Counted from the first letter of the stretch, positions 39,235 to 51,100 are shown. The stretch: 64,000 bases of DNA from an uncultured Candidatus Entotheonella sp. (GCA_965215335.1 CBDCDA010000001.1:320001-384000), one strand, 5' to 3'. Notes: generated by a model not told the origin, from the sequence alone. Program-made: numbers and translations.

Positions 39235-39972
39235 GTGCCAATCTACCGCCTTACCGACAGCCTGCCGTTCCCGGACCCGAACGAAGCCGACGCCGACGGC
39301 CTGGTGGCCTACGGCGGCGACCTGAGCCCGCATCGGCTGCTGCTCGCCTACGCGCAGGGGCTTTTTCCCTGGCCGCACGGCGAGGGCTGGCCGCTCCTGT
39401 GGTTTTCTCCCGACCCGCGTACGGTTCTCGTACCCGCCGACCTGCACGTCAGCCGCAGCCTGCGGAAGACGCTGCGCCGAGGCGTGTTCACGGTACGTTT
39501 CGATACTGCCTTCGCCCGCGTCGTCCATGCGTGCGCCACAACGGCGCGGCCCGGACAACAGGGGACGTGGATTACCCCGGCGATGCGGCGCGCATACGGC
39601 GTTCTGCACGAGTTGGGGTTCGCACATTCCGCCGAGGCATGGGTCGAAGGCCGCCTGGCAGGCGGTGTATACGGCGTCTCGCTCGGCGCCGCCTTCTTCG
39701 CCGAATCCATGTTCACCCATCGCAGCAACGCCGCCAAGGTGGCGGTCGTCCATCTCGTCCGGCAATTGGGTGCCTGGGGCTTCCACTTCATCGATTGCCA
39801 GATGCACAGCGACCACGTGGCACGTTTCGGCGCCGTCGCCTGGGAGCGGCCCTATTTTCTGAACGCCCTGGCGCGGGCGTTACGCCTGCCGACACGCCGG
39901 GGACGGTGGGCCTTGTCCGGCAATCAAGGCACTGTCCCATCCAATGGCCATGCTGCACGTCGTCCTGTTTGA
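39235..39972 (+). CDS. aat: leucyl/phenylalanyl-tRNA--protein transferase
   Basis: GLVAYGGDLSP..LLLAYAQGLFPW, WFSPDPR, GTWIT, AHSAEAW, FFAESMF, IDCQ; start uncertain (39175-39235). Confidence 0.93.
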   Translation: MPIYRLTDSLPFPDPNEADADGLVAYGGDLSPHRLLLAYAQGLFPWPHGEGWPLLWFSPDPRTVLVPADLHVSRSLRKTLRRGVFTVRFDTAFARVVHACATTARPGQQGTWITPAMRRAYGVLHELGFAHSAEAWVEGRLAGGVYGVSLGAAFFAESMFTHRSNAAKVAVVHLVRQLGAWGFHFIDCQMHSDHVARFGAVAWERPYFLNALARALRLPTRRGRWALSGNQGTVPSNGHAARRPV

Positions 39973-40414
39973 GCCCGAAATTCCCGCCAATACGGGAAAC
40001 ATTATCCGGCTGTGCGCCAACACGGGGGCGCAGCTTCACCTCATCCAGCCGCTGGGTTTCACCCTGGACGACAAGCGATTGCGCCGCGCCGGCCTGGATT
40101 ATCACGAGTGGGCCAGCGTCAAGACGCACGCCTCGTTCCAGGCGTTCACGGACGCGGCGGCGTTCACGCGCCTGTTTGCGATCAGCGTGCAGGGCAAGCG
40201 GGCGCATCATGAGGTCGCGTACCGGGAAAGGGATGCGCTGCTGTTCGGCCCGGAGACGCGCGGGCTGCCGGACGACCTGCTGCGACATGCGTTCATCGAC
40301 ACGATTTTGCGGGTCCCGATGCGGCAGGCGAGCCGAAGCCTGAATTTGTCCAACGCAGCCGCCATCGTCCTCTACGAAGCGTGGCGTCAATTGGGTTTTC
40401 GCGGTGGGAGATGA
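39950..40414 (+). CDS. trmL: tRNA (cytidine/uridine(34)-2'-O)-methyltransferase
   Basis: VLFEPEIPANTGNIIRLCA, LRRAGLDY, FGPETRGLP, RSLNLSN. Confidence 0.95.
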   Translation: MLHVVLFEPEIPANTGNIIRLCANTGAQLHLIQPLGFTLDDKRLRRAGLDYHEWASVKTHASFQAFTDAAAFTRLFAISVQGKRAHHEVAYRERDALLFGPETRGLPDDLLRHAFIDTILRVPMRQASRSLNLSNAAAIVLYEAWRQLGFRGGR

Positions 40415-40438
40415 GCCCGCCACCCCGTCCAAACCGGG

Positions 40439-41224
40439 TCAGGACGTAACGGCTTTGCGCACGCTGTCCCCGTGCTCCTTCCACCAACTGTAAAGGATGG
40501 TCACGTCCGTGCCGATGCAGAAGTGGCGCACGCCCAGGTCCAGGTAGTACTTGGCCTGGTCGGCGGTGTTGATTTCGGCGCGCGGCGGCACGTCCGCGCG
40601 CAGGGCCGTCTCGATCACCTTGCGCTCCACCGCCCTGATTTCCGGCGAGCCCCGCTCGCCCGCCCGCCCCACGCTCATGGAGTAGTCCGAGCCGCCCCAC
40701 TGGATCATGTCGACGCCCGGCACCGACAGCACCTCTTCCAGGTTTTCGACCGCCCCGTCCTTCTCGATCATGATCACCACCACGACATCCCTGAGGGCGC
40801 GCACGTAATCCATGGAGCCGCCGTACCCCATGTAGGTAAAGCGCCGTGTCGCCACCCCGTAGGTGCCGCCGTCCTCCGGCGTTTCAGGGCGGGCAATGCG
40901 GACGCATTCCCGCACCTCGTCGGCCGAACGGCAATCGGAAAACAACACGCTCTGGAAGCCGGAGCCGATGGCGCGCTGGGCAATGAAGCCCCGCGGTTCC
41001 TGGTCCACCTTGACCATCATCGACATATCGTAGAGCTCGGCGGCCCGGCACATGTCGTCGAAGGCATAGAGGTCGAAGGGGCCGTATTCGGCGACAAATT
41101 CCACGTAGTCATACGTGCCGGTATGGCCGATGGCTTCCACAATGGACGGCCACGTGGTGTGAATATGGGTGCCGATGGTGGGTTTATCCGCCTTGAGCAA
41201 CTCGCGGAACTTGTTCGCTCGCAT
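40439..41224 (-). CDS. HpcH/HpaI aldolase family protein
   Basis: YDYVEFVAEYG, IMIEKDGAVENLEEVLSVPGVDMIQWGGSDYSMS. Confidence 0.82.
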   Translation of the reverse strand: MRANKFRELLKADKPTIGTHIHTTWPSIVEAIGHTGTYDYVEFVAEYGPFDLYAFDDMCRAAELYDMSMMVKVDQEPRGFIAQRAIGSGFQSVLFSDCRSADEVRECVRIARPETPEDGGTYGVATRRFTYMGYGGSMDYVRALRDVVVVIMIEKDGAVENLEEVLSVPGVDMIQWGGSDYSMSVGRAGERGSPEIRAVERKVIETALRADVPPRAEINTADQAKYYLDLGVRHFCIGTDVTILYSWWKEHGDSVRKAVTS

Positions 41225-41295
41225 AGGAACCTCCTGATCATTCAACGTTGCCCGGCCGAGGCCGCGTCAAGGGTTAATCACTTTTTTCCAAGATA

Positions 41296-43044
41296 TCATC
41301 CCACGCTGGCGCCGGCCGTGCTGGACGTGAGGCGGAACGGTGCGGCGGCCTGCCCGTGGGCGGGCAGGCCAAGCGGCAGGTGGACGTCCAGGAGGAAGGA
41401 ACGCTGCTCGTCCTCGACCACCTGCAAGCCGTGCTCGATCGCGTCCGCGACGCAGCCCTCATCCTGCACCCGCGTGCCTTCCACACCGAAGCCGCCGGCA
41501 ATCTGCACCGGATCAATGCCGTCCAGAACCACGCCGGCGTATTCGCCGGCCTGCTTCATGGCGCCATTGGCCAAGCCGAAGAAATTCGCCACAATGCCGT
41601 AGGACTGGTTGTCGGGAATGACGTAGAGCACGGGAATGGCGTGATGAACCGTTGTCCACAATCCCGAATCCGCGTAGAACAACGACCCGTCTCCGACCAG
41701 ACCGACGACCGGCCGGTCCGGCGCCGCGAGCTTGAGGCCGGCCGCCGCGCCAATCCCATAGCCTTCCGACCCGCCGGCGGATCTGACGTAGACGTTATTG
41801 CCGACGTCGGACGATCCCCCCAGGCAATCGAGGGGCAAGGCGAATTGCTCGATCATGACCAGCCCACCGCCGCGGCGTTCCAGAGCCTGGTCAAGTGTCT
41901 GCGCCAGGACCCACGGCCGCACCCGCAAGGGTTCGGGCGCGACATGCTGGTGCCTCTGGCGGCGTTTCTCGCGCAGCCGCGCCGCCTGGGTCCGGGCCCA
42001 GTCCCGCCGCTCGTCGTAGCGCCCTGCTGGCTCCTCCTGCCTCAGCGCCTGCAAACGTGCGAGTGTCCGTCGTTCATCCGCCAGAACACCCAGATCAAGA
42101 CTCGGGATGTTCTCGAAGTTCTCGCCATCGGGACCGATGGCGATCACGCGTCTTGCGTCGGCGAATGGCTGGTAATCGTCAGGCCGGCCATTGCCGCCGT
42201 GGCGGACGCCGATACACACGATGAGGTCGGGATCGAGGGCGGCCACCGCCGGCTCAAACGGTCCGCAATGCAAGGCGTGTTTGATGGGCACGCCGCGCAT
42301 GTCGCCGAAGAGGGTGGCGACAGCAGCGCCACAGTGCTCCGCCAGGGCCGTCGCCTGCGCTTCGGCGCCGCTCTTCCAGACCCCGTCGCCCACGTAGAAC
42401 AGGGGGCGCTTGGCGTCCCGCAGGGCACGGACGATGGTTTCGACGTCGTCATCGGCGGGATAGCCGGCCCGGGGGTCGGGCGCGCCGCCTTCAATAATGT
42501 TTGCGGTGACCTCCTGGGTGCCAAGCAGGCGATCGTAGACAGCCAGATGGACAGGGCCGACAGGCGGCGTTTTGGCCACCCGTATGGCCCGCTCGACAGC
42601 TTGCGGCAATCCTTCCGGATCGATCACGCTCCAGTTCGCCTTGGTAAACGGCGCGGAGATGGCTGTCGGGCCGAAATTGTGGCTGAGGTCGAGGCCGATC
42701 TTGTCCGCGAAACTGCCCGTATCGCCAGCAAAGGTAATGACCACGACGGGCAGGCTGCCGGTCCAGACATTGATGAGCTGGCCCAGACATTGCGCCAGAC
42801 CCGCGCCAAGGTGCACCACGGTAACGGCGACGTCGCCGTTGGCCTGCGTATAGCCGCCAGCCATGGCGGCGACGCTGCCCTCATGCAGCGCCAGGATGCC
42901 GTGAATATCAGGGTGACGATAGAGCGCATCGAAGAAGTGAGCCTCGCGCGAGCCGGAGTTGTAGAATACGTATTTCACACCGGACGCCACAAGTTGCTCG
43001 ACGATAAGCTGCGATGGATTCGCAACAATGGATCGCATCTGCAT
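41296..43044 (-). CDS. thiamine pyrophosphate-dependent enzyme (benzoylformate decarboxylase-like)
   Basis: VFYNSGSRE, LHEGSVAAMAGGY, GDGS...DNQSY TPP motif; start 43038-43092 uncertain. Confidence 0.85.
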   Translation of the reverse strand: MQMRSIVANPSQLIVEQLVASGVKYVFYNSGSREAHFFDALYRHPDIHGILALHEGSVAAMAGGYTQANGDVAVTVVHLGAGLAQCLGQLINVWTGSLPVVVITFAGDTGSFADKIGLDLSHNFGPTAISAPFTKANWSVIDPEGLPQAVERAIRVAKTPPVGPVHLAVYDRLLGTQEVTANIIEGGAPDPRAGYPADDDVETIVRALRDAKRPLFYVGDGVWKSGAEAQATALAEHCGAAVATLFGDMRGVPIKHALHCGPFEPAVAALDPDLIVCIGVRHGGNGRPDDYQPFADARRVIAIGPDGENFENIPSLDLGVLADERRTLARLQALRQEEPAGRYDERRDWARTQAARLREKRRQRHQHVAPEPLRVRPWVLAQTLDQALERRGGGLVMIEQFALPLDCLGGSSDVGNNVYVRSAGGSEGYGIGAAAGLKLAAPDRPVVGLVGDGSLFYADSGLWTTVHHAIPVLYVIPDNQSYGIVANFFGLANGAMKQAGEYAGVVLDGIDPVQIAGGFGVEGTRVQDEGCVADAIEHGLQVVEDEQRSFLLDVHLPLGLPAHGQAAAPFRLTSSTAGASVG

Positions 43045-43261
43045 GTGGAATACCTCGCTCGCGGGGTCGCTGGAGTCGTCCTGGAGGGTCAACGATGGGT
43101 CGCATGGATCAAGGTCAATGGCGGGCGATTATACGTTTGGCCCTGCGGACAAGCAAACACGGCGAGGCGTTGTGGTCTGGACAGGCCCATGCTGATGGGC
43201 TACCATGCCGCCTCCAGGCCCTTTAGAGACGCCGCCCTTCCTCCCCGCAGAGAACGCACCC

Positions 43262-43530
43262 ATGACTGTTTCAGCGGAGCTGATGACCGCCGGGGAACTC
43301 CTCAAGCTGCCCGACGACGGCAAGCGTCGTGAGTCGACAGGAGGTGTCTTGAACGAGATGTCGCCGGCAGGAACGGCGCACGGCCTGACGACCGCAATGA
43401 AGGCGGGAGCCATCCTCTACCGTCTACCGGTCCAGGGAAGGCGTGCGGGTACTGGGGCAAGAGGACGTCCTGGACGGCAGCCTGGGTATTCGACGGATTC
43501 AGCGCCGAGGTGCGCGACTTGTTCCGTCAA
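43262..43530 (+). pseudogene. Uma2-family endonuclease remnant with internal deletion and frameshifts
   Basis: N-terminal LMTAGELLKLPDDGKRRE..GVLNEMSPAG..HG; C-terminal pieces VRVLGQEDVLDG and VFDGFSAEVRDLF in shifted frames; the catalytic core is missing. Confidence 0.7.
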
Positions 43531-43566
43531 CCTGCATCCTGATCTGCAAAAAGGAGCCCTTACGCC

Positions 43567-44781
43567 ATGGCGCAAAGCACCGCATTAGCGGGCATCAAAG
43601 TTCTTGATTTGACACAATTCGAGGCCGGAACATCGTGCACCGAGGCGCTCGCCTGGCTGGGCGCCGACATTATCAAGGTCGAGAATCCCGACGGCGGCGA
43701 CCAGGGGCGTCGTGCGTCCACCGACCAGGATGGCATTGATTCGCCTTACTTCATGCTGCTCAACGCCAACAAGCGCAGCATCACCCTGAATCTGCGCACC
43801 TCCCGGGGCCGCGAGTTGTTCACGGAGATGCTGAAAAAAGCCGACATCATGATCGAGAATTTTGCCCCCGGAACGATCGAGCGGCTGGGCTTCGGCTTTG
43901 ACGCGGTGCACGAGATCAACCCGCGCGTCGTTTACGCGCAGATCAAGGGCTTTGGGCCGGGGCCGTACGAGCGATTCGTCAGCTTCGACATGATCGCGCA
44001 GTCCGCCGGCGGCTCGCTGAGCCTGACCGGCACACCGGAGACGGAACCGCTGAAACCCGGTCCGACCATCGGCGACACCGGCACCGGGTTGCACTGCGCC
44101 ATTGGTGTTCTGGCGGCGCTGCACCAGCGCGAGCGCACCGGCAAGGGCCAGCGCATCCAGGTGGCCATGCAGGATGCCGTGATCAACTTCAGCCGCATCG
44201 CCTTCGCCCGCCAGGCGCTGAGCGGGGAGGCCGCCGTCAGGTCGGGCAATCGCAGCGCGCTTGGCACCACGGCCCCCAGTGGGCTCTACCCCTGCAAGGG
44301 CGGCGGGCTGAACGATTATTGCTTCATCTACACCAGCCGCGCGGGCAACCGGCACTGGGACCGCTTGCTGAAAGCCATTGGCCGCGAGGATTTGATCGGC
44401 GACGAGCGGTTCGATTCGCCCCAGAAGCGCTGGGCCAATCACAACGAAGTGGACCGCCTGTTGACCGAGTTTACCCAGAGCCGCACCAAGCAGGAAGTCA
44501 TGCAGACCCTGGGCGATGCGGGGGTTCCCGCCGGCGCGGTGTATGACACGCTGGAACTGACCCAGGACCAAGCCCTGCAGGGCCGCGAGATGATCGTCAC
44601 GGTGGATCATCCCGAGCGCGGCAAGTTCACCCTGCCAGGGTGGCCGGTCAAGATGTCGGATTCCCATGTCGCGGTTGACCGTTCCCCGCTGCTCGGCGAA
44701 CACAACACCCAGGTTTATGCCGAATGGCTGGACCTGACACCGGACGATCTGGAGGACCTCAAGTCGCAGGACGTCATCTGA
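43567..44781 (+). CDS. class III CoA transferase (CaiB/BaiF, formyl-CoA transferase-like)
   Basis: KVLDLTQFEAG, LGADIIKVE, LNANKRSITLNL, ENFAPG, IGDTGTG, PLLGEHN. Confidence 0.92.
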   Translation: MAQSTALAGIKVLDLTQFEAGTSCTEALAWLGADIIKVENPDGGDQGRRASTDQDGIDSPYFMLLNANKRSITLNLRTSRGRELFTEMLKKADIMIENFAPGTIERLGFGFDAVHEINPRVVYAQIKGFGPGPYERFVSFDMIAQSAGGSLSLTGTPETEPLKPGPTIGDTGTGLHCAIGVLAALHQRERTGKGQRIQVAMQDAVINFSRIAFARQALSGEAAVRSGNRSALGTTAPSGLYPCKGGGLNDYCFIYTSRAGNRHWDRLLKAIGREDLIGDERFDSPQKRWANHNEVDRLLTEFTQSRTKQEVMQTLGDAGVPAGAVYDTLELTQDQALQGREMIVTVDHPERGKFTLPGWPVKMSDSHVAVDRSPLLGEHNTQVYAEWLDLTPDDLEDLKSQDVI

Positions 44782-45931
44782 GTTTTGCGGCGCCGTGATG
44801 CCACAGGGTGATGAGCACCACGACCGTCATGGCGCCTGTGGTGACCAACGGAAATCCCACCGCGCCCATCAGGGCGATGGCGCCGCCCGCCAATGGCCCG
44901 CCGGACAGCATGCCCAACTCCCAGATCAGGATGAAGGCCGCGTTTGCCGCGGCCATGCCGCCGGTCTGGAAACGGTTGCCCAAGAGCGTCAATCCCGCCG
45001 TGTAGAGACCCAGGCTGATCCCGCCACCGCAGAACGCGAGGGCGTACAGCGGCACCGTCGTGCGGATGAAGGCGTGCACCAGCAGGCTGGAGCCGGCCGC
45101 TGCCAAGGCCATGTGAGCGAGCAGTCGGCGGGGGTCGAATCGGTCCACTGCCCACCCGACCGGCGCCTGCAAGAGGACCCCGCCTGTCAGATAGGCGGCG
45201 TTCAGCCACACCGCCTCACCCTGCGTCAGCCCGGCGCTTACCCCGTAAAATGCCATGAGCCCCAGGGCCGAGCCCTGCGCGACGCCCATCATCAGCGCCG
45301 CGGCCATCAGCCTGGGCGCTTGTCGAACCCGGACGAACAGGCCGGCCGCCGGCATCCCGCTCGTCGGTGGGGCGCCCTTGCGTCCGAGGGGGATCAAGGC
45401 CGTTGCCGCAACCGCCAAGGCGATCATGATAAAGAAGGGGCGATGGCCGCCCAGGTCAAGGAAATCAAGGGACGCGGAGCCGGCCGCGGTGCCGCCGATG
45501 AAGCAGGCCACGTAGAGAGACAGAATGCGTCCGCGGCGGGTGTCGGGCGCGGCCTGGTTGATCCAGCTTTCACTCGATATCCAGTGCAGGGCAAGTCCGA
45601 TTCCGGCGATGAACCGGCAGGCCGTCCAGGCGCCGAACCCTTCCCGCCACATCATGCCGAGCAGGGCAAGGGCAAACAGGATGGCGCCTACGCCGATGGC
45701 CACCGGGTAGCCGAGGCGCCTGAGAATGCGGGTGGTAAGGGATGCGATGCCCAGAACCGCCACGGAGGAGGCCGCCGCATTCAGTCCGATCAGCCCGGCG
45801 GCGACGCCGAGTTCGTGCAGGCGCAGCGGAACGAACGGCAGGAACATGCCGACGGCAAACCCGAGCAGTACGTTGTTGAGCAGAACCGCCGCGATGCCGC
45901 GAGTTTGCTGGGAGAGGGGAGTCATGCGCAC
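44774..45931 (-). CDS. MFS transporter
   Basis: about 12 hydrophobic segments; ESWINQAAPDTRRGRILSLY; PVGWAVDRFDPR. Confidence 0.88.
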   Translation of the reverse strand: MRMTPLSQQTRGIAAVLLNNVLLGFAVGMFLPFVPLRLHELGVAAGLIGLNAAASSVAVLGIASLTTRILRRLGYPVAIGVGAILFALALLGMMWREGFGAWTACRFIAGIGLALHWISSESWINQAAPDTRRGRILSLYVACFIGGTAAGSASLDFLDLGGHRPFFIMIALAVAATALIPLGRKGAPPTSGMPAAGLFVRVRQAPRLMAAALMMGVAQGSALGLMAFYGVSAGLTQGEAVWLNAAYLTGGVLLQAPVGWAVDRFDPRRLLAHMALAAAGSSLLVHAFIRTTVPLYALAFCGGGISLGLYTAGLTLLGNRFQTGGMAAANAAFILIWELGMLSGGPLAGGAIALMGAVGFPLVTTGAMTVVVLITLWHHGAAKLR

Positions 45932-46019
45932 CAGTCTATCAGGACCCGTGCGGCTACCTGGCCGTCAAAACTGTCCGAAGTATTGATAGCCATCTGTCAT
46001 CACATAGCGTAGATGATGG

Positions 46020-46524
46020 CGTTGGTGGCCACAGACCACACCTCGCAATTGCGCCAGCCAGGCATCGATGCGGGTGCCTTGTACCTCAGCGGTCTTGTCG
46101 CTCGGTGGTGTCTGCTCGACACTGAGGTCTTCAACGCCATCCGGTATGTGCTGGCCACGGGATGCCGGTGGCGGGCGTTGCCGAGGGATTTCCCGCCCTG
46201 TTCGACGGTCATCAACCATTTTTACCGGTGGCGAGGCAGCGGTGTTTTCGATCGCATGATGGATGCGCTTCATGATGGCACGGGCCGAGGCGGGGCGCAA
46301 GGGATTTACGGTCTTGTCACGTCGTTGGGTCGTGGATGGAGCGGACGTTCGGATGGATGGGTCGCTGCCGTCGTCTTGCCAAGGACATAGAGAGGACGGT
46401 GGCAAGTTCTCTGGCCTGGGTAAAACTGGCCGGATGTCGGTTCATGATGCGAAGGGTCGCCAGGTCTCAGAGGCCGCGCAATTCTGCTGAGACGGCTGCC
46501 TGATGACTTATGGAACAGACTCTC
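46020..46524 (+). mobile_element. IS5-family (IS1031-like) transposase remnant with right terminal repeat
   Basis: VFNAIRYVLATGCRWRALPRDFPPCSTV..FYRW joined to C-terminal KGFTVLSRRWVV / RTFGWMGRCRRLAKDIE; DDE core deleted; end sequence gacttatggaacagactctc at 46505-46524. Confidence 0.8.
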
Positions 46525-46849
46525 ACGATTGCCGGTGGCGAGCTCGCAACGGGCCGGTCGCGCAAACGTGCTATGCTGGCGGCGTATTCCAGATCGCATG
46601 CCGGTCATGCAAAAGATGATCGGGCGCAAGCCGGTGACGACGAGGAAAGCGGCGAGGGCACGTGGCACGACTGACTGGCAAAGTGGCGGTGATAACAGGC
46701 GGAGCGGGGGGAAATGTCAAAACGAGACGCTACCAGGCGACGGCTTGATTCGCCAAGTCGGAACGCCGCTGCTAGAATGCGCGTCATGGCACGCAAACCG
46801 CATGTTCAGGATCATTTTTCGGGCTGTCCTGTCCCATTGGGTCACCGCA

Positions 46850-48133
46850 ATGCGCCGTAGGATGGCTACCGTTTTAGCGATTGTGCTCGTTGTTGGAGCC
46901 GTTGTCCTCGTCTACACTTATCTGTTGCCCACCCCCATAGCCGACAGTCCTGCCGCCTCCCAAGAGCCACCGGCCGTCAAGCCGTTTCCCGTTCAGACCA
47001 TCATCGCCCGACGCGGCACGCTTACCCAGTCCATCGCGGCCACGGGTGACGTTCTGGCGGAGGCGCGCGTCGAGGTGTTTCCGAAAATCGCCGGGCATCT
47101 CGAGGAATTGAGCGTCGAGGAGGGGGATGCGGTGCGCGCCGGCCAGGTAATCGCTCGTATCGCCAACGCCGAGTTTCAGGCCCGGGTGGCCAGGGCATCC
47201 GCAGAGGTTGACGCGCTGCAAGCGGAGTGGGCGCAGATGCAATCCGGTGCGCTGCCGGAGGAAATCGCTCAGGCGGTCGATGCGGTCGAGCACAGCCGCG
47301 CCGAATTGGCCAACGCCGAAGGGTTTGCCGAGCGCACGCGCGGCATGGTCGAGCGCGGCCTGCAATCCACCCAGGAGCTTGAGGACGCCACGCGCCGCCT
47401 GCACCAGGCGCGCGCCATGCACAACAGCGCCAGCCAACGCCTGCAACTGCTCCGCACCGGGGCGCGCAGCGAGGCCCGCCAAGCTTTGCAAGCCCGCCTG
47501 CGGGCCGCGCAGGCGGCACACGAACTGGCGACCATCGAATTGCAGCACACGGTCATCGCCTCCCCCATGGATGGCATCGTCAGCCATCGCTACGTCGACC
47601 CTGGCGCCTACGTGACGACGACCGAACCGCCTGTTGTAACCATCGAGGCGATGCAGACCGTAAAGATCGAGGTGCCCATCAGCGAGCGGGATGTCGTGGC
47701 CGTTCGTCCGGGTCACAGGGCGCTGATTCAGGTGGATGCGTATGCCGACGAGCCGTTTCCTGGCACGGTACGGCGACTCGGTCCGACCATCGATCCGAGC
47801 AGCCGCAGCGGTGCGGTAGAGATCGGCCTGGCGAATCCGGACTACCGGCTCAAGCCGGGGATGTTTGCGAAGGTGACGCTGATCCTGGCGGAACGTGAGG
47901 ACGTCGTGCTCGTGCCGCGCGATGCCTTGCGGCCGGCCGGCTCCGAGACGACGGTGTTCGTCGTTCGGGACGGCACGGCACACCGGCAGCCGGTCAGCAC
48001 GGGTCTGATGAACGATACGCTGGTGGAGATTCGCGACGGCTTGGCGACCGGCGACGAGGTGGTGCTCTCGGGGCACAGCAGCCTGCAGGATCAGGCACCG
48101 GTCAACGTCGTGCAGTCGCAGGGACAGGGTTGA
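46850..48133 (+). CDS. efflux RND transporter periplasmic adaptor subunit
   Basis: N-terminal TM, VEEGDAVRAGQVIA, long coiled coil, IASPMDGIV, LKPGMFA. Confidence 0.92.
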   Translation: MRRRMATVLAIVLVVGAVVLVYTYLLPTPIADSPAASQEPPAVKPFPVQTIIARRGTLTQSIAATGDVLAEARVEVFPKIAGHLEELSVEEGDAVRAGQVIARIANAEFQARVARASAEVDALQAEWAQMQSGALPEEIAQAVDAVEHSRAELANAEGFAERTRGMVERGLQSTQELEDATRRLHQARAMHNSASQRLQLLRTGARSEARQALQARLRAAQAAHELATIELQHTVIASPMDGIVSHRYVDPGAYVTTTEPPVVTIEAMQTVKIEVPISERDVVAVRPGHRALIQVDAYADEPFPGTVRRLGPTIDPSSRSGAVEIGLANPDYRLKPGMFAKVTLILAEREDVVLVPRDALRPAGSETTVFVVRDGTAHRQPVSTGLMNDTLVEIRDGLATGDEVVLSGHSSLQDQAPVNVVQSQGQG

Positions 48134-48162
48134 CGACCTACCGGGCAGTGGAGGGGTGAGGC

Positions 48163-51100
48163 ATGAAACTTTCCGCGCTTGCCGTGGCGCGACCGGTTAC
48201 CACCGGGATGTTCTTCCTGGCCGTGCTGGTGCTCGGTCTCATCTCGTTCTCGCGTTTGGCGGTGGACCAACTCCCCGACATCATGCGGCCCTCGGTGACG
48301 GTGACCACGGCCTATGAGGGCGCCGCGCCCGACATCGTGGAGCGCCAGGTCACCAACCCGCTGGAAAAGGTGCTGGCGACCATCAACAACGTCAAGTCCG
48401 TGCGCTCCTCGTCCAGCGAGGACAGCTCGAAAATCTCTCTCGACTTCGACTGGAACACCGACGTTGACCTGGCGGCCCTGGAGGTACGCGAAAAGGTCAA
48501 TGACTCCCTGCGCCTCCTGCCCGAAGAGATCGACCCGCCGCGCATCAGCAAGTTCGACCCCGCCAGTTGGCACATCATCTATCTCAATCTCACGGCCGGC
48601 GGCGCTTTGGATCCGATCGCCCTCCGACACTACGCGGAAACGACGCTGCTGTACCAGCTTCAGCAAATCGCCGGGGTGGCGTCCGTCGACATCTGGGGCG
48701 GCGACCAGCGTGAGATCCAGGTGCTGATCGACCGCAACCGGCTGGCCGCGACCGGTATTCCCCTGCAGCGTGTGGTCGAGGTAGTGGGTGCCGAGAACGT
48801 CACCAAGGTCGGTGGGCATCTGGAGAGCGGGCGCACCGATTACGTGGTGCGGCCGTTGGGCGAATTCGAGCGGGTGGAAGATATCCGGGACGTCATCCTG
48901 CGCCACGACGGCGCCTCGCCGGTGTATCTCAAGGACGTCGCCGAGGTACACGACGGCATGAAGGAGCGCCTGACGCGCACCCGGGTCAATCGCATCCCCG
49001 GGCTCGTCATGGCGATCCGCAAGCAGTCGGGCACCAACACGGTGGAGGTGTCGGACCTCATCCAGGCCCGTCTACCCGTCCTGCGGCAGCAGTTGCCGCC
49101 GACCATGCAACTGCACCTGCTGTTCGACCGCGCCGCCTTTATCCGGCGCTCCATCGCCCAGGTAGAGAGAAGCGCGCTCATCGGCGGCTGCATCGCCGTC
49201 GTTATCCTGCTGATGTTCCTGCGCAGCCTGCGCCCCACGATCATCATCGCCTTTGCCATTCCGCTGGCGGTGGTGGCCACCTTCATCTTGCTCTATCAGG
49301 TCGACATCAGTCTCAACTGGATGTCGCTGGGCGGCCTGGCCCTCGGCATCGGCATGCTGGTGGACAATTCCGTCGTGGTACTGGAGAACATCTTCCGCCA
49401 CCGTCAGCAGGGCACGGACCGCCGAGAGGCCGCGGTGGTGGGAAGCCGCGAAGTCGGCATGGCGATCATCGCTTCCACCCTGACGACGTTATGCGTTTTC
49501 TTCCCGCTCATTTTCATGCAAGGCATGATGGGCATCGTGTTTCAGGAACTCGCCCTGACGGTGGCCTTCGCCCTGGTGACGTCGCTGCTCGTGGCGCTGA
49601 CGCTGGTGCCGATGCTGTGCGCCAAATGGCTGTCTCGCCCGTTGCGGGAAGGGCCTCCGGAGGGGCCGACCCATCGTCTGGACGTGGCGTGGCGGTCGGT
49701 GCTCGTGGCCATCGAACGCGGCTACGGTGCAGCGCTGCATGTCGCGCTGCATCATCGGCCGGCCGTGCTCGTCCTGTGCGCCTGCATTCTGGGTGGCACC
49801 TGGACGCTTTATTCCAGCCTGGGATCGGAACTGCTGCCGTCGGTGGACGAGGGCATGATGTACATCCGCCTCGAGATGCCGGTGGGCACCAGGCTGGAGA
49901 TTACCGACGACATCATGGCCGACATCGAGACCAGGGTATACAACGAGGCACCCGACGTGCAGGCGATGTTCGTGCGCTCCGGCCTGGGGTTTCGGGGTGG
50001 TGGCGGTACGCACAGCGGCTTCCTGTGGGCGCGTCTGATCGACCGCTCGCAGCGCCAGGAATCGTTGAAAGACGTCTTGGCGGTACTGAAGGAGCAGTTG
50101 TCGAATTATCCCGACGGCAAGGTGCGTATCATGGAGCGTCCCTCCGACGTCGCCCGCCTCCTCGGTTCGGGACGCTCGGAGCGTCTGGAGGTCGATGTCT
50201 ACGGCTATGATCTGGCGCGCGGCCGCGCCCTGGCGCAACAACTGGCCGACAAGATCGAGGCCGTCGAGGGCGTGTCCTATGTGCGGCTGAACATCGACGA
50301 CAGCCGCCCGGAGATGCGTATTACCATCGACCGGCAAAAGGCGGCGGCGCTGCAGATCAGCACCCATACCATTTTGCAGGCCATCGAAACCGGCATTGCC
50401 GGCACGATTGCGTCCAAATACCGCGAGGGCCGCCACGAGTACGACATCCGGGTGCGCCTGCGTCCCGAGGACCGCCGGGAACTGGCCGACCTGGAGCGCA
50501 TCTTCGTCGCCACGCCCGGCGGCCAGCAGGTGCCGCTGCGCAACCTGACCGCGGCGCGGGCGGACAAGGGGCCGGTCGTCATCGAGCGACGCAACCAGGA
50601 GCGGGCGGTGACGATCCAGGCGGGGATGACGGGGACGCGCGATTTCGGCAGTCTGGCTGCCGAAATCGAAGAACTTCTTGCGACCACAGCCATTCCGCAA
50701 GGCTTTCACGTGCGAATGGGCGGCGAGCGGGAGGAGCAACGCGAGGCCAACCGCAACGTGCATCTCATTGTTGTGTTGTCGATTCTGCTGGTCTACATGA
50801 TCATGGCGGCGCTGTTCGAGTCGCTGCTGCACCCGTTCGTCATTCTGCTGGCCATTCCGTTCGCCGCGGTGGGCGGCATCCTGACGTTGTGGCTGACCGG
50901 CACCAACCTCAGCATGCCGGTATGGATCGGCGGCATCATGCTGGTGGGTGTGGCAGTCAACAACGGCATCATCATGGTCGATTACACCAACCAGCTGCGG
51001 CAGCGCGGCTTCGACGTCATGGACGCCACCTGGCGGGGGGCCGTCACGCGCCTGCGCCCGGTGCTGATCACCACGCTCACCACCGCTCTGGCCCTGCTGC

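Noticed and set aside
40439..45931. Possible oxalate catabolism cluster (TPP enzyme, frc-like CoA transferase, MFS)
   Set aside because: The TPP enzyme resembles benzoylformate decarboxylase rather than oxalyl-CoA decarboxylase, the genes are not co-oriented, and the MFS is not recognisably OxlT.
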